From Eledone cirrhosa (lineage: Eukaryota), in the NCBI GenBank assembly GCA_964016885.1, contig CAXHJY010000575.1, positions 44,790 through 108,789 of the forward strand: 64,000 nt of DNA. The letters are read 5' to 3'. A program made the position numbers and the translations under genes. This document shows, piece after piece, positions 44,811-59,681 of the stretch (positions are counted from its first letter, which is position 1; each line of letters opens with the position of its first letter). The notes under the pieces were generated by a model that worked only from the letters and a program-made list of their open reading frames with translations, was not told the origin of the DNA and made no database searches.

Positions 44811-44962
44811 TACACGGGTGTGTATGATTGTGTATAGAAGATTATATTAATAAGAGGAATTCCAACTTTGTCTGATTTACTCGTTTTATTTACAATCCTT
44901 TAAAATTTATAATGGTATTATAATGAAATAGTATGATAGAATATTAAATTCTAAGTGTTAAT

Positions 44963-45001
44963 TGAACAAGTACTTTCATGCTTTCGCAATCTTCAGGTTC
45001 A
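44963..45001 (-). ncRNA. Minimal type-I hammerhead ribozyme in an orphan ~220-bp island between TA tracts
   Basis: Reverse complement reads TGAAC-CTGAAGA-TTGC(gaaa)GCAT-GAAA-GTAC-TT^-GTTCA. Confidence 0.78.
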
Positions 45002-45034
45002 TAATATGTGGTGACAGTCAAGTTTTCAATTTTC

Positions 45035-45111
<77 letters not shown>

Positions 45112-46422
45112 CGAGAGGGGATCAAAAAGTTCGCGGAATTTTTCAGAAAATATTCTATTTTTCAAAAAATATGATTTACCTTCAATTTATTTTTCTACAT
45201 AGTTGCCATCCAGGTCAATACACTTCACAAGGCGATGCTTCCAGCTTCGAGAGCCGTCTCTAAAGAAAGTTGAAGGCCTTGTTCGAAGCCATGTGTTGGC
45301 AGTGTTTTTAGCTTCTTCAACACCACTAAAACGGGTTCCTTTTAGCATTTCTTTGAGTTTTAGAAAGAGGAAAAAGTCTGATAGGGCTAAATCTAGACTA
45401 TAAGGCGGGTGAGGAAGCACTTCCCATCGAAATTCTCGAAGAACTTCTTTTGCAACCCGGGCAGAATGCGCTGGTGCATTGTCATGGTCAAACAAGATCC
45501 CACCATGAAGTTTCCCTTTTCGTTTCTTGACTAATGCCTCTTTCAGTTTCCTTAAAACATTTGCATAGTAAGCTCCTGTCACAGTTCTTTGACCTTCAAG
45601 ATAATCTATTAGTATCACCCCATCTGAATCCCAGAAAATGGTGGCCATCACTTTTTTATCCGACTTTTGAGATTTGAACTTGATTGGCCCCGATGATCCA
45701 CGCGGAAGCCACTGTTTTGACTGCTGTTTGGATTCAGGATCATACTGTCAGATCCAGGTTTCATCTCCGGTGATGATTCTGGTCAGGAAATGTTCTTCAT
45801 CAACTTCAATTTTGTTTAATATCGCCAAAGACAAATCACTCCGAAGAATCAGCTGATCAGGGCGCAACGCTTTTGGGACCCATCGCACTGAAAGCTTGCT
45901 TAGTCCCAAATTATCGTGCAGAATTGAATTTTCCGAACCATATGAAATGTCTAGGGACTTAGCTAACTGACTAACTGTTATTCTTCGATCTTCTTCAATA
46001 AAAGTCTGAGCAGCCTCAACGTTTGGTCATTTTTTGATGTTCCTAGTCTTCCACTGCGATGGTCGTCTTCAAGGTCGTCTCTCCCTTGTTTGAATCGCTG
46101 AATCCACTTGTAGACAGCAGTTTTCTTTGGAGCAGTAGTACCGTAAACTTTAACTAAAGCCTCCATAATCTGTGTCCCTTTCCTTTTGAGTTTCACCAGA
46201 AACTTGATATTCGATCTTATCTCAAAATAACTATTTTCCATTGTTCCAAAAAGAGGTTTTTTAAAGTGTGTCAGTACTGTACAATAGTCCACGCATAACT
46301 GACTGCAAGTGACTAATAGCAAGGTAAACACCCAGTGACAATGTTCTGACATGTTTAATATTGTTTTAACCTATTTTTTTCTGACTACGATAAAATTCCG
46401 CGAACGTTTTGATCCCCACTCG
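45112..46422 (-). mobile_element. Full-length mariner DNA transposon (~1.31 kb), defective
   Basis: Imperfect ~30-bp TIRs CGAGAGGGGATCAAAAAGTTCGCGGAATTTT / AAAATTCCGCGAACGTTTTGATCCCCACTCG, with TA flanks. Confidence 0.93.
45187..46242 (-). pseudogene. Mariner DD34D transposase, frameshifted or stop-containing
   Basis: HTH N-terminus (VYKWIQRFKQGRDDLEDD.RSGR), ITGDETW, HDNAPAH, HPPYSLDLALSDF. Confidence 0.92.
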
Positions 46423-46456
46423 TATATATGTATGTGTGTATGTGTATGTATGTGTG

Positions 46457-46905
<449 letters not shown>

Positions 46906-47226
46906 ATATGTATGTACGTGTATATATATATATGTATATATGTATATATATATGTATATATGTATATATATATGTATATATGTATATATATATGTATATA
47001 TATACATATATGTATATATGTATATATATACATATATGTATATATGTATATATGTATATATACATGGAGATAAATCTACCAAGAGTTTACGGTAGTGTCC
47101 AATCCGTATGAAGAACTCAATGTAATCCGGATATCATGGAAAGAAGAGATGCAATGAAAAATCACTTTCGGTGAAAGATAAACGGAATACAGAGTCAAAA
47201 TAAAATATTTAAAAAATAATGAATAA

Positions 47227-47269
<43 letters not shown>

Positions 47270-47276
47270 GTATATA

Positions 47277-47308
<32 letters not shown>

Positions 47309-47317
47309 CATATTTAT

Positions 47318-47896
47318 GTCAGGTCACCAGTTGGTACTACAGGTAACATGTATCCCAGTACAACCTGTCTCATGGTAGGGTCATTGGCGACTTAAACTGG
47401 CAACCCCACTTTGGACATCCTGCAGGACTAAAAACCTGTCAAAGAGCAAACGAGCTCTTAAGAGTCAATGGCCATCCACAATCACCGGGAGAGATGACCC
47501 CTTAGCCTTTTTCAAGGCAGAATTCTAGAAGGAAAACTCTGATATAACACCTGCAACCCTGATGGTATCCAATGATGTTGACTTGTTATTCTTTTTGATA
47601 AATATCATCTTGGTTAAGAGAGTGGGACTGGCTTTGTTCAGTGCCTTTGCTCACTATAAAAGCTTCACGGCACAGGCATTGCTTTATATCTGGAGATCTC
47701 TCTGCACTTGTCGTTACATGGTGCCAATCGCCAAGCACTATGTGTCAATAATTGTCACAGGTGTAGTGTTTGTACCAGAGCTTTCAAGTCGCTGCGCTGG
47801 CTGGACTAAAAAGTCACACTCGTTCAGCGCATCGGTAGGGTTTCTCCTACATGGAGATAAAGTAGTGGCCGTACTCGAAAACGAGTTGGCAGCCAC
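47318..47896 (+). mobile_element. Short non-autonomous LINE derivative (RTE-like 5' and 3' ends)
   Basis: The 3' part encodes a frameshifted terminal C2H2 knuckle ([20 protein letters not shown]). The 5' end is structured, and both sides are flanked by TA. Confidence 0.55.
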
Positions 47897-49308
<1,412 letters not shown>

Positions 49309-49377
49309 ATATGAAATATATGAAATATATGAAATATATGAAATATAAGAATCAAAGAACTGTTCAAAACATTATTG

Positions 49378-49424
49378 TGCTTACAGCTGTTTCCTCCAAA
49401 CCGAGGTTTGGATTCTTCGGAGCA
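49378..49424 (-). ncRNA. Hammerhead ribozyme, variant core CCGAAGA, PLE-2 3' pLTR
   Basis: TGCT-CCGAAGA-ATCCAAAC(ctcg)GTTTGGAG-GAAA-CAGCTG-TA^-AGCA. Confidence 0.8.
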
Positions 49425-50867
49425 ATTTATTAATGCATGGACAGTTATATGACCTCCTTTTCAGCCGAGGGACATACCAATACATATTCAAACATTGATA
49501 CATATTCAAACATTGTGGGTCAACATTCATTACAAAATTTAGAGTGGCAGTACACACTTCGAGATTACATTTATATTAATAGGTACAATCAAAAATCAAA
49601 GATATAGGTTAAAGTACAACATGAAGGTAAGTGGTTATATAGTGCAAATGTTATATGTGTGGCACGCATGTGCGTCTTGTTTATATAGTGTGGCAGAGAG
49701 ATATGTGTGGTAGAGGCACTTAGGTAGGTAAATAAGAGTGTTAGGTTGGTAGATCTGGTGGCAAAGTCTTTATATGATTGATGTAGTCTGTGTGTGGAGA
49801 AATATTATAAACATTAAAGATAGTGCAAGCATTAAAAGTGTTATAAGTATTGGAGATGCACAACGCAGGGATGTCACGTAATTCATGTACTTCGGCATTT
49901 TCATGGTCAAGGGAGTGTATATTTCGATTATATGCCTTTCACATAATCCACGACAATCCAGTTAGAGATCGTAGTCTGGTGTTCCTTAGTTCGATACAGG
50001 AGGTTGTTACGTTTCGAGAGACGCCATTGAATACCGGAAGTGTGTGTGTGGCTAAGGGGAGTTAATGCATGCGGGGAGGTAACTCTGGGGTTTCTATATC
50101 TAGCCATTAAAATGTGTCCCAATATGGACCCTAAATTCTATGGTGAGGTGCACCTTCCAAGAGAGACTTTTAAAGCATAAAGTGTACTAACTATAGAGTA
50201 GTTTAACTAAATTATGCTGAAGGGGATCATATTAATATTAAGGTGGATTAACCCATCTTAAGGTGCTACAAATGGAAATTATAGATGATGAGCGAGGATT
50301 CTAAATTAATGATCTCTGTGGTTGTAGTCTGCTCATATGACCAGGCGCGGTGATTGCAGGATTGCTTCAGGACCCAATGATCTCTGGTAAGATCTGGGTC
50401 ATCGCTTGCTACATTGGATGTCGAAAGATAATCGTCCCCAGGCAGGCCAAAGGTCAATCCGCAGTCCTCGCGACCCCTCTCTGACCGTCAGATCATCCAT
50501 ATACGTACAACCCGCACGGCAGTTGCATTGCATTCACTCCCTGCGCTCAGCAGCCCGGTCCTACTGGTCAACAGCGCTACTCGATTAAATCATTTTACAT
50601 CTGTCTAAGGAAGGTGTTTCCTCTGCCCAACACCATCCAACCGATCGATTCATGCTCAAATTACCCTTAGAGCGGTGTAGTGCCGTCCAGGTGGGTGGAT
50701 GTTGTCACACCTGCCGTAGAGGTATAAATGGGTATTTTCCCTGCGAAGGGTTCCAGAGGGATGTCGTTGTTTGTGTTATAATGGATCAGCTAGTGTTGGG
50801 TATGTAGTATAGGGTGTGTCTCTGGTGTTTGATGCTAGATGCGGTGTTAGGTTCCAGTCCGACATTG

Positions 50868-53327
50868 CTATATATAGGGCTTAAAGTTTTGGAAGGAATG
50901 TCTGAGGCGGTGCTGGCAAGTTGCAAACACCTCAGATTTTTTGTTAAGTAGGTTACGGTTGGAGAAGATAATATTGTGTGTCTCTAGTATACAGAGGTTA
51001 CAGAATTTATTAGGTGGTTTGTACGAGGTCGCGCTGCCTATCACTTCCCATTTGAGTGTGTATGGTTTATTTTTAGATTTTAGATAGTGTATGTAGCTAG
51101 AAAGTGAGGTGGAGTTGGCTAGGCTGTGCTTTTTGAACGAGTGGATGTGCGAGTTATATCTAATTTTGAAGCAGTTAGAAGTGGAGCCTACATAGGTTTC
51201 TGAAGAGTTATTAGTCGTGACTGTGCATGAGTATATGACATCCTTAGTTAGGCATTTTTTATCTAAAGGGCAGGTTCTATTAGCTCTACAGTTACAATTA
51301 TTCTGTGCGTTAGTCCGCTGGTTATAATGCAATGCGGAAGTCTGTGTGGTGGATATAGGATTTTGGGTGTTCAGGTTGACAACCCTGGTGTTATTACTTA
51401 TACTAGTGTTATTTCTATTGTTACTGCCGTTGCTATTGTTGCTTGCTACAGTGGTATTTAGAGGGTTTGCATCCCGTTGTGATTTTGTTTGTTGGAAGTA
51501 AGAACTAATTTTACTATTATTGCTGCTAGCTATGTGGTATGCTAAGTTGGGCGTCGTAGAGTATGAGATTTTAATGGTGTTTTTGTTTAAGAGGTTGTGG
51601 TACTTGTGTCCTAGAGGGAAGTTTTTATCTAGTAGTGAGAAGAAAGCCCTAGGTATGTTGGTGGAGACATTTAGGTTGAAAGGAGGGTTGAAAAATGTAT
51701 TATTTCTTCTTCTATTTTTGCTTTTAGTGTTTGGTGTGTTGCTTCCTCCTAAGGCCTCACAGTAGTTTCCATGGTAATGGTTACTTCCGGTGGCACCCTC
51801 CGCTTTGGTGTACTTGTGGTTGCTATTCCTATTATTAGATTTCCTCATGGACATGTTGTGCGAGATGATGTTGTAGCTATGTGTTTTCTTAGGTAGGAAC
51901 TCTATTTCTATATTATGGCCGGAGCTAGCTAATGCTTGATTGTAATATTGTGAGTTTTTGCTAAATATGTTTGCGTCATAGGACAGACTAGAGATTCTAT
52001 TGGACACCCCCTTAGAGATAGAGTTTAATATTGATCTAGGGTGATTAGACTTGGTATCTACGTAAATAAGTTTCTCATTAGGCTTATGGAAAGGTGTATA
52101 TATTTTTGAGTCTAGGTATAGTGTGGCGTCTAGGAAGTTAACATTTTTAGTGTTTTTGTCCATGGTGATACTAAGGTTAAAGTTTTTGAATGTCTTATGC
52201 AGTTGTTTTCTAGTTCTTTCTATATTAAATTTTTTATATTCTATGAGTAGAAGTGCATCATCGCGGTACAAACCACCGTTGAGGTAAGGGAGGTCTTTAT
52301 GGATTTCATTGAGGAGGTATAGGCCGACCAAATCAGTGACCTGCGCCGAGTCACTAGATCCCATGGTTATGTCGAAGTTGTTGTGCGTATCCTTGCGTGT
52401 CCATAGTTGGTCCTCGAAGGTGATTATGGTTTTACGGGCCGCAAGGATGACATCAACCTGGGCTCTAGTCAGGTCGCTATTGGTCATGGCCATGATAAGT
52501 GCCTTATTTAATAGGATAGGGGAAATAGAGGTGTAGTATGAATTGATATCAAATTGAATAAATTTTTTGTTCTTATTATTCTTGATATCCTTAAACCATT
52601 CAATTACTTCACCCGTATTTCCCCATTGTTTAAGGTGTATCTTGTGTTTAATTTGTGGGATGATTTTATCCAAAATCTTCTTGCTGATAATACCAATGTC
52701 GGACTTGGAAGGGCAGATAAGTCTTATCGTGGGGTTGCTGATGAAGTTCTCCTTATGGTCCTTCAGAGAGAATCTAGGGGGGTTCGGAGTGAAAGGTTGT
52801 GTATGCCTCTGTAGTCCTAGTTTAGACACTATATTATAACCCTCTACATTAATATCTTCTAAGTTTTTCAAGGTGGTTTTTTTGTAGCTTTTATGTAGTT
52901 CATTATATATAAACTTTCTATAAGTAATATAATCTAGGCTGTATATGTTATTAGTTTTATCTGCGTGTACAATAATTTTATTACTAGTTTTGAATCCACT
53001 AATAGAAGTGTTAAGTTTGTTTAAGAAGGTGTTGCTTCTAATATGGTGCTTATTGTATTTAATGTTCTTAACTAGTTTAACTAGGTCATTTTCAAAGGAG
53101 TTAAGTAGAGTGTTATGAGGGGGGCTTTTAAAGGTTTTAAAGCCGAAGGAGTCAAAATTGTTAGTATTATTCAAGTTGTTAGATTTGTTTCTATCATAAT
53201 GGAATGTCCTCCATCTCACTCTATTGATAAATGAATTTACACTGTTGATCAGCAATTTCTCATATGTATTCCTGGATGGTATTGGTATGTTCTTGATCGA
53301 CATGGGGAGTTGGTCTTTGATTAGCAT
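50868..53327 (-). CDS. Penelope-like element polyprotein: reverse transcriptase + Cys-rich linker + GIY-YIG endonuclease (819 aa, intact)
   Basis: Motifs ADKT, QFDINSYY, MGSSDSAQVTDLVG, GLYRDD, NFLD, FFNPP, CNC-x5-CPL, VIY..TYVG, CNLC and terminal C-x-H. Confidence 0.95.
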   Translation of the reverse strand: MLIKDQLPMSIKNIPIPSRNTYEKLLINSVNSFINRVRWRTFHYDRNKSNNLNNTNNFDSFGFKTFKSPPHNTLLNSFENDLVKLVKNIKYNKHHIRSNTFLNKLNTSISGFKTSNKIIVHADKTNNIYSLDYITYRKFIYNELHKSYKKTTLKNLEDINVEGYNIVSKLGLQRHTQPFTPNPPRFSLKDHKENFISNPTIRLICPSKSDIGIISKKILDKIIPQIKHKIHLKQWGNTGEVIEWFKDIKNNKNKKFIQFDINSYYTSISPILLNKALIMAMTNSDLTRAQVDVILAARKTIITFEDQLWTRKDTHNNFDITMGSSDSAQVTDLVGLYLLNEIHKDLPYLNGGLYRDDALLLIEYKKFNIERTRKQLHKTFKNFNLSITMDKNTKNVNFLDATLYLDSKIYTPFHKPNEKLIYVDTKSNHPRSILNSISKGVSNRISSLSYDANIFSKNSQYYNQALASSGHNIEIEFLPKKTHSYNIISHNMSMRKSNNRNSNHKYTKAEGATGSNHYHGNYCEALGGSNTPNTKSKNRRRNNTFFNPPFNLNVSTNIPRAFFSLLDKNFPLGHKYHNLLNKNTIKISYSTTPNLAYHIASSNNSKISSYFQQTKSQRDANPLNTTVASNNSNGSNNRNNTSISNNTRVVNLNTQNPISTTQTSALHYNQRTNAQNNCNCRANRTCPLDKKCLTKDVIYSCTVTTNNSSETYVGSTSNCFKIRYNSHIHSFKKHSLANSTSLSSYIHYLKSKNKPYTLKWEVIGSATSYKPPNKFCNLCILETHNIIFSNRNLLNKKSEVFATCQHRLRHSFQNFKPYI

Positions 53328-53576
53328 ATTGGCAATATTATATGTCAGCTCAACGATATGGAGCAGTTAATAGTATTAGTTATACTATTTATGGTTATGT
53401 AAACACAAAACCTTAAGCAGTTGTAAGTATTATACACACACCCTAAATAGTGGTAGGCAGTAATGTATTACTACCTTATTACCAGTAAGTTAAGTAGCTC
53501 AATGTAAAAACATCAGATGATTTACAGAGCAGTTATATGAAATATAAGAATCAAAGAACTGTTCAAAACATTATTG

Positions 53577-53623
53577 TGCTTACAGCTGTTTCCTCCAAAC
53601 CGAGGTTTGGATTCTTCGGAGCA
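53577..53623 (-). ncRNA. Hammerhead ribozyme (CCGAAGA), PLE-2 5' pLTR
   Basis: Identical to 49378-49424. Confidence 0.8.
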
Positions 53624-54557
53624 ATTTATTAATGCATGGACAGTTATATGACCTCCTTTTCAGCCGAGGGACATACCAATACATATTCAAACATTGATAC
53701 ATATTCAAACATTGTGGGTCAACATTCATTACAAAATTTAGAGTGGCAGTACACGCTTCGAGATTACATTTATATTAATAGGTACAATCAAAAATCAAAG
53801 ATATAGGTTAAAGTACAACCTATGGAAGGTGCACCTCACCATAGAATTTAGGGTCCATATTGGGACACATTTTAATGGCTAGATATAGAAACCCCAGAGT
53901 TACCTCCCCGCATGCATTAACTCCCCTTAGCCACACACACACTTCCGGTATTCAATGGCGTCTCTCGAAACGTAACAACCTCCTGTATCGAACTAAGGAA
54001 CACCAGACTACGATCTCTAACTGGATTGTCGTGGATTATGTGAAAGGCATATAATCGAAATATACACTCCCTTGACCATGAAAATGCCGAAGTACATGAA
54101 TTACGTGACATCCCTGCGTTGTGCATCTCCAATACTTATAACACTTTTAATGCTTGCACTATCTTTAATGTTTATAATATTTCTCCACACACAGACTACA
54201 TCAATCATATAAAGACTTTGCCACCAGATCTACCAACCTAACACTCTTATTTACCTACCTAAGTGCCTCTACCACACATATCTCTCTGCCACACTATATA
54301 AACAAGACGCACATGCGTGCCACACATATAACATTTGCACTATATAACCACTTACCTTCATGTTGTACTTTAACCTATATCTTTGATTTTTGATTGTACC
54401 TATTAATATAAATGTAATCTCGAAGTGTGTACTGCCACTCTAAATTTTGTAATGAATGTTGACCCACAATGTTTGAATATGTATCAATGTTTGAATATGT
54501 ATTGGTATGTCCCTCGGCTGAAAAGGAGGTCATATAACTGTCCATGCATTAATAAAT

Positions 54558-54604
54558 TGCTCCGAAGAATCCAAACCTCGGTTTGGAGGAAACAGCTGTA
54601 AGCA
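54558..54604 (+). ncRNA. Hammerhead ribozyme (CCGAAGA), PLE-2 inverted pLTR
   Basis: Identical motif on the + strand. Confidence 0.8.
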
Positions 54605-54810
54605 CAATAATGTTTTGAACAGTTCTTTGATTCTTATATTTCATATAACTGCTCTGTAAATCATCTGATGTTTTTACATTGAGCTACTTAACTTACTGGT
54701 AATAAGGTAGTAATACATTACTGCCTACCACTATTTAGGGTGTGTGTATAATACTTACAACTGCTTAAGGTTTTGTGTTTACATAACCATAAATAGTATA
54801 ACTAATACTA

Positions 54811-55640
<830 letters not shown>

Positions 55641-55652
55641 AAAATATAAGTA

Positions 55653-56568
55653 TTTCTATCTCTATCTGAGCGTGTCCAAAATTTGTTACTGAAGTTAATG
55701 AGAGTTCTTCTGGCTGTTAAAATTATATCTATTTCATTTGTGGTTAGATCAGTATGCTTATAAGCATATGAGAGGGCCTTATTTAGAAGTTTAGGTGTTA
55801 TAGAAGAATAGTATCTAGTAATATCCATCTGGATGAATTCATAGTTTTTCTTATCTTCAATATTCGTGTACCATTCAATGACCTCGTTTGTATTTTTCCA
55901 TAAGCTCAAACTAGATCTCAATTTAAGAGTGGGTAATATTCTATCTATGATGTTTTTACTGATTACTCCTATATCCGATTTCGATGGAGCAATCAGTCTA
56001 ACTGGCATCTCTTTTCTTTTATGATCTTTCAGGTTAATCCTCGGCTGTCTAGGTAAGAATGGCTCAGTTCTTCCTTGTATTCCTAGATTGGTAATTAACT
56101 TATAGGCTTCTTCATTAATTTCAGTAATTTTTGTAATTTTTCCTAAGTTCTTTCAAAATCAGGTCGTTATATTCATTTTGCTTATCCATATAAATTATTA
56201 GTTTTGTCAGATTTAACCAATACTTTGTTAACATTTTTTATTTCAGTGATTTTAGCTTTTAGAGATCTGAGGTATTGGTGACCTATATATGGGTTTTTCC
56301 TAAATTTAATTTTTTTGATTATGCCGAGCATTTCTGTTTCAAAAACCTCCAGAAGTTTGTTATATGGAGGATTTTTTCTTGATTTAAACAAAGATTTAAA
56401 CTGATTGTCGTTGGTTTTTCTTTCAGCATCTTTCTTTTCGAAATGAAAAGCTCTCCATCTTAATCTTCTAATAAAAGAATTTGTCTGTTCTATAGTTTTC
56501 TTCATGTATTCTTCATTTGAAGGTATAGGTATATCTTTGAGGGAAGTCGGGAAGTTTAAGAAATCCAT
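55653..56568 (-). pseudogene. PLE-4 second-unit RT N-terminal part, truncated at (TA)n
   Basis: Same 128-aa N-terminal frame and [12 protein letters not shown].. frame as 59681-58543. Confidence 0.88.
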
Positions 56569-56772
56569 ATTTATAGAATATGCAATCTATTGTATAGAAA
56601 AGCGCTCAACCAGTTGGGAGCAATATATATATTAAAGTGTTAAACAATATTCAATGATTATATCAAAGAGTTTTACAGTAGATTGGAAGCACTCAACGGG
56701 AAAATAATTTTCTGGAGTTATTAATATTAAATATAAGTATTAATAAAATAGATGTTCTTTTGATCAATTACA

Positions 56773-56823
56773 TTTTATTATACATATTTCGGATGTACAA
56801 CAGTACGTCCTCATCAGACAAAA
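56773..56823 (-). ncRNA. Type-I hammerhead ribozyme, PLE-4
   Basis: TTTTGT-CTGATGA-GGACGTAC(tgtt)GTACATCC-GAAA-TATGTA-TA^-ATAAAA. Confidence 0.87.
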
Positions 56824-58079
56824 TATAATGATACATGACATACCCTGAGATGTTAAATGGTTAAGATTTAGTCAAGGTAGTGATTAACCCAAGAGAAAAT
56901 TTTACTTATATCCTATTTATGAGAAAATGCGAAAACGTAATAAATTCATTAGAGAATGTGTGAGTAAGAAAAAACGTTGCATACTGTAACTGTTCTAAAA
57001 GTTTTAAAGTGTATGATACTACGATATATCTAGGAAAACGTCTCATGAATCATAACAGCCAGTGATAGCCACTGGAAAAGGATTTATAAAGAGGGAAAAA
57101 TAAAGAGAGGGGGGGGGGTGATATATGCAGAAGGAAATTTTTTCCGAAAATTAAACGGTTAAATTTGAAAATATTTAATTTATAATATTAGGGTGAAGAC
57201 TCCAGATTTCAGGATTATTTGCTGGTTATCTATATATTATTTATATAAATTCGATAAGTGTGTTATCATTTCTAAACTTCTGAATTTTATGAGAGTAACA
57301 TTTAAAGGATTTAGCTGGCGCATAAAAATGAAATATTATACTGTTGATTATTTACCTAAATTCAAACTTTAACAAATATACCAACATATTAGGTATGTAA
57401 AGCTTTTGAAGTACTTATTGTTAAAAATATTTAAATAACTATTATGTATATAGGTATATATTAATGAGCCAGTATGTTTAAGGTAAATAATAACGACGAA
57501 GATAAAAATAAAATAAGATAATATATTGAAGGATGTTAAGGATAAATATATACCTATGTATAACTGGGTGTAAATGCACTAATTATTCTTCAACCAAGAT
57601 ATCAACATATTATTAGATACAGGGATGTATATATATAGATATATATTAGCTATTATTAGTGTAGTATACTTTAGGTAAATGATAACAGTTATAATTTTAT
57701 CAACGTGTCACATTTAAATATATATATATATATAAGAAAAACAACAATGAGTGCATGGATAATACAGAGTTCAAAATAATGTCTATAATAATTTTTAGTT
57801 TGGATATTTTCTCTATATTTGAATCATATATATAGAAATGTGGCAGGTATATTTAAAATATAAATATATATAAAATATATAACTACATACATATTATAAT
57901 ACATTATTCATACGGATTCAAACTTATATATAAATGTGAATTTTTGCTGCGCTTTCGATCTCTTATTTATTTATAATATAATTGTTTCTACTTTAGACCC
58001 AAGGCCAGCAATTACCCAGTGCATTACTGGTACTTTATTTTATCGACCACGTAAGGATGAAAGGCAAAGTCCCGCGGTG

Positions 58080-59681
58080 TCAAGAGCTTTAAAGAATAGT
58101 TTTGCAATTGGTCTTTTAACTGCGACCGAAGCAGGGGGTGAAAAACATATGACTGGTTTAGATCTAGTTCGTATTCTCGATTTATTTAGCGTATGTGTAT
58201 TTGAATTATAATTATTATATATGTTATTATTTTTATTATTATTAGGAATAATTCTTGGATTGTTATTATCTACATATTCTATATTATTCATATATCCTGC
58301 TCTTTTTAACGCGTTGTTGTAGTATTCTGCATTTTTATCAAATATATCTTTATTAGCTGATATTTTATTAATACGTTTTTGCACACTATTTACTATAGCT
58401 TTTTTTACAGATCTAGGGTGATTTGAATAGTTACTGACATAATTTAAGTTTTCTTTAGGCTTATGAAAAGCGTAATAGAAGCCAGTGTTTAAGTTAAAGG
58501 TAACGTCAAGGAAATTATCTATTTTTGTACCATTTTCTACTTCTAATTAAGGTCGTACGTTTTAAAGAATTCTATTATACTTTTCTTAACTCTATTTAAT
58601 TCTATATTGTTGTCTTTGACCACCGTAAATAAAATGTCGTCCCTATATAAACCACCGGTAATCTCCGGCAGTTTTCTATTTATCATGTTTAATATGAAAA
58701 TTCCCAGAAGATCTGTGATTTGCGCGGAATCGGATGCCCCCATAGTGATATCAAAGTTTCTATCTCTATCTGAGCGTGTCCAAAATTCGTTACTGAAGTT
58801 AATGAGAGTTCTTCTGGCTGTTAAAATTATATCTATTTCATTTGTGGTTAGATCAGTATGCTTATAAGCATATGAGAGGGCCTTATTTAGAAGTTTAGGT
58901 GTTATAGAAGAATAGTATCTAGTAATATCCATCTGGATGAATTCATAGTTTTTCTTATCTTCAATATTCGTGTACCATTCAATGACCTCGTTTGTATCTT
59001 TCCATAAGCTCAAACTAGATCTCAATTTAAGAGTGGGTAATATTCTATCTATGATGTTTTTACTGATTACTCCTATATCCGATTTCGATGGAGCAATCAG
59101 TCTAACTGGCATCTCTTCCTTAAAGTTTCTTTTATGATCTTTCAGGTTAATCCTCGGCTGTCTAGGTAAGAATGGCTCAGTTCTTCCTTGTATTCCTAGA
59201 TTGGTAATTAACTTATAGGCTTCTTCATTAATTTCAGTAATTTTTGTAATTTTTCCTAAGTTCTTTCAAAATCAGGTCGTTATATTCATTTTGCTTATCC
59301 ATATAAATTATTAGTTTTGTCAGATTTAACCAATACTTTGTTAACATTTTTTATTTCAGTGATTTTAGCTTTTAGAGATCTGAGGTATTGGTGACCTATA
59401 TATGGGTTTTTCCTAAATTTAATTTTTTTGATTATGCCGAGCATTTCTGTTTCAAAAACCTCCAGAAGTTTGTTATATGGAGGATTTTTTCTTGATTTAA
59501 ACAAAGATTTAAACTGATTGTCGTTGGTTTTTCTTTCAGCATCTTTCTTTTCGAAATGAAAAGCTCTCCATCTTAATCTTCTAATAAAAGAATTTGTCTG
59601 TTCTATAGTTTTCTTCATGTATTCTTCATTTGAAGGTATAGGTATATCTTTGAGGGAAGTCGGGAAGTTTAAGAAATCCAT
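58080..59681 (-). pseudogene. PLE-4 RT ORF, disrupted; GIY-YIG part missing
   Basis: Motifs [32 protein letters not shown] and CFSPP..LFFKALD; the frame then runs into a SINE fragment. Confidence 0.88.

Larger units (their letters stand above)
49336..54810 (-). mobile_element. Penelope-like retroelement PLE-2 (Naiad-like), intact ORF, direct plus inverted pLTRs
   Basis: 49336-49619 recurs at 53536-53819. 53822-54810 is an inverted, near-identical copy of 49336-50159 plus 53371-53535. Both ends lie in (TA)n. Confidence 0.95.

Noticed and set aside
50607-50623. AAGGTGTTTCCTC shared between PLE-2 3' UTR and the array monomer
   Set aside because: Only about 13 nt and in the opposite sense orientation; compatible with chance.
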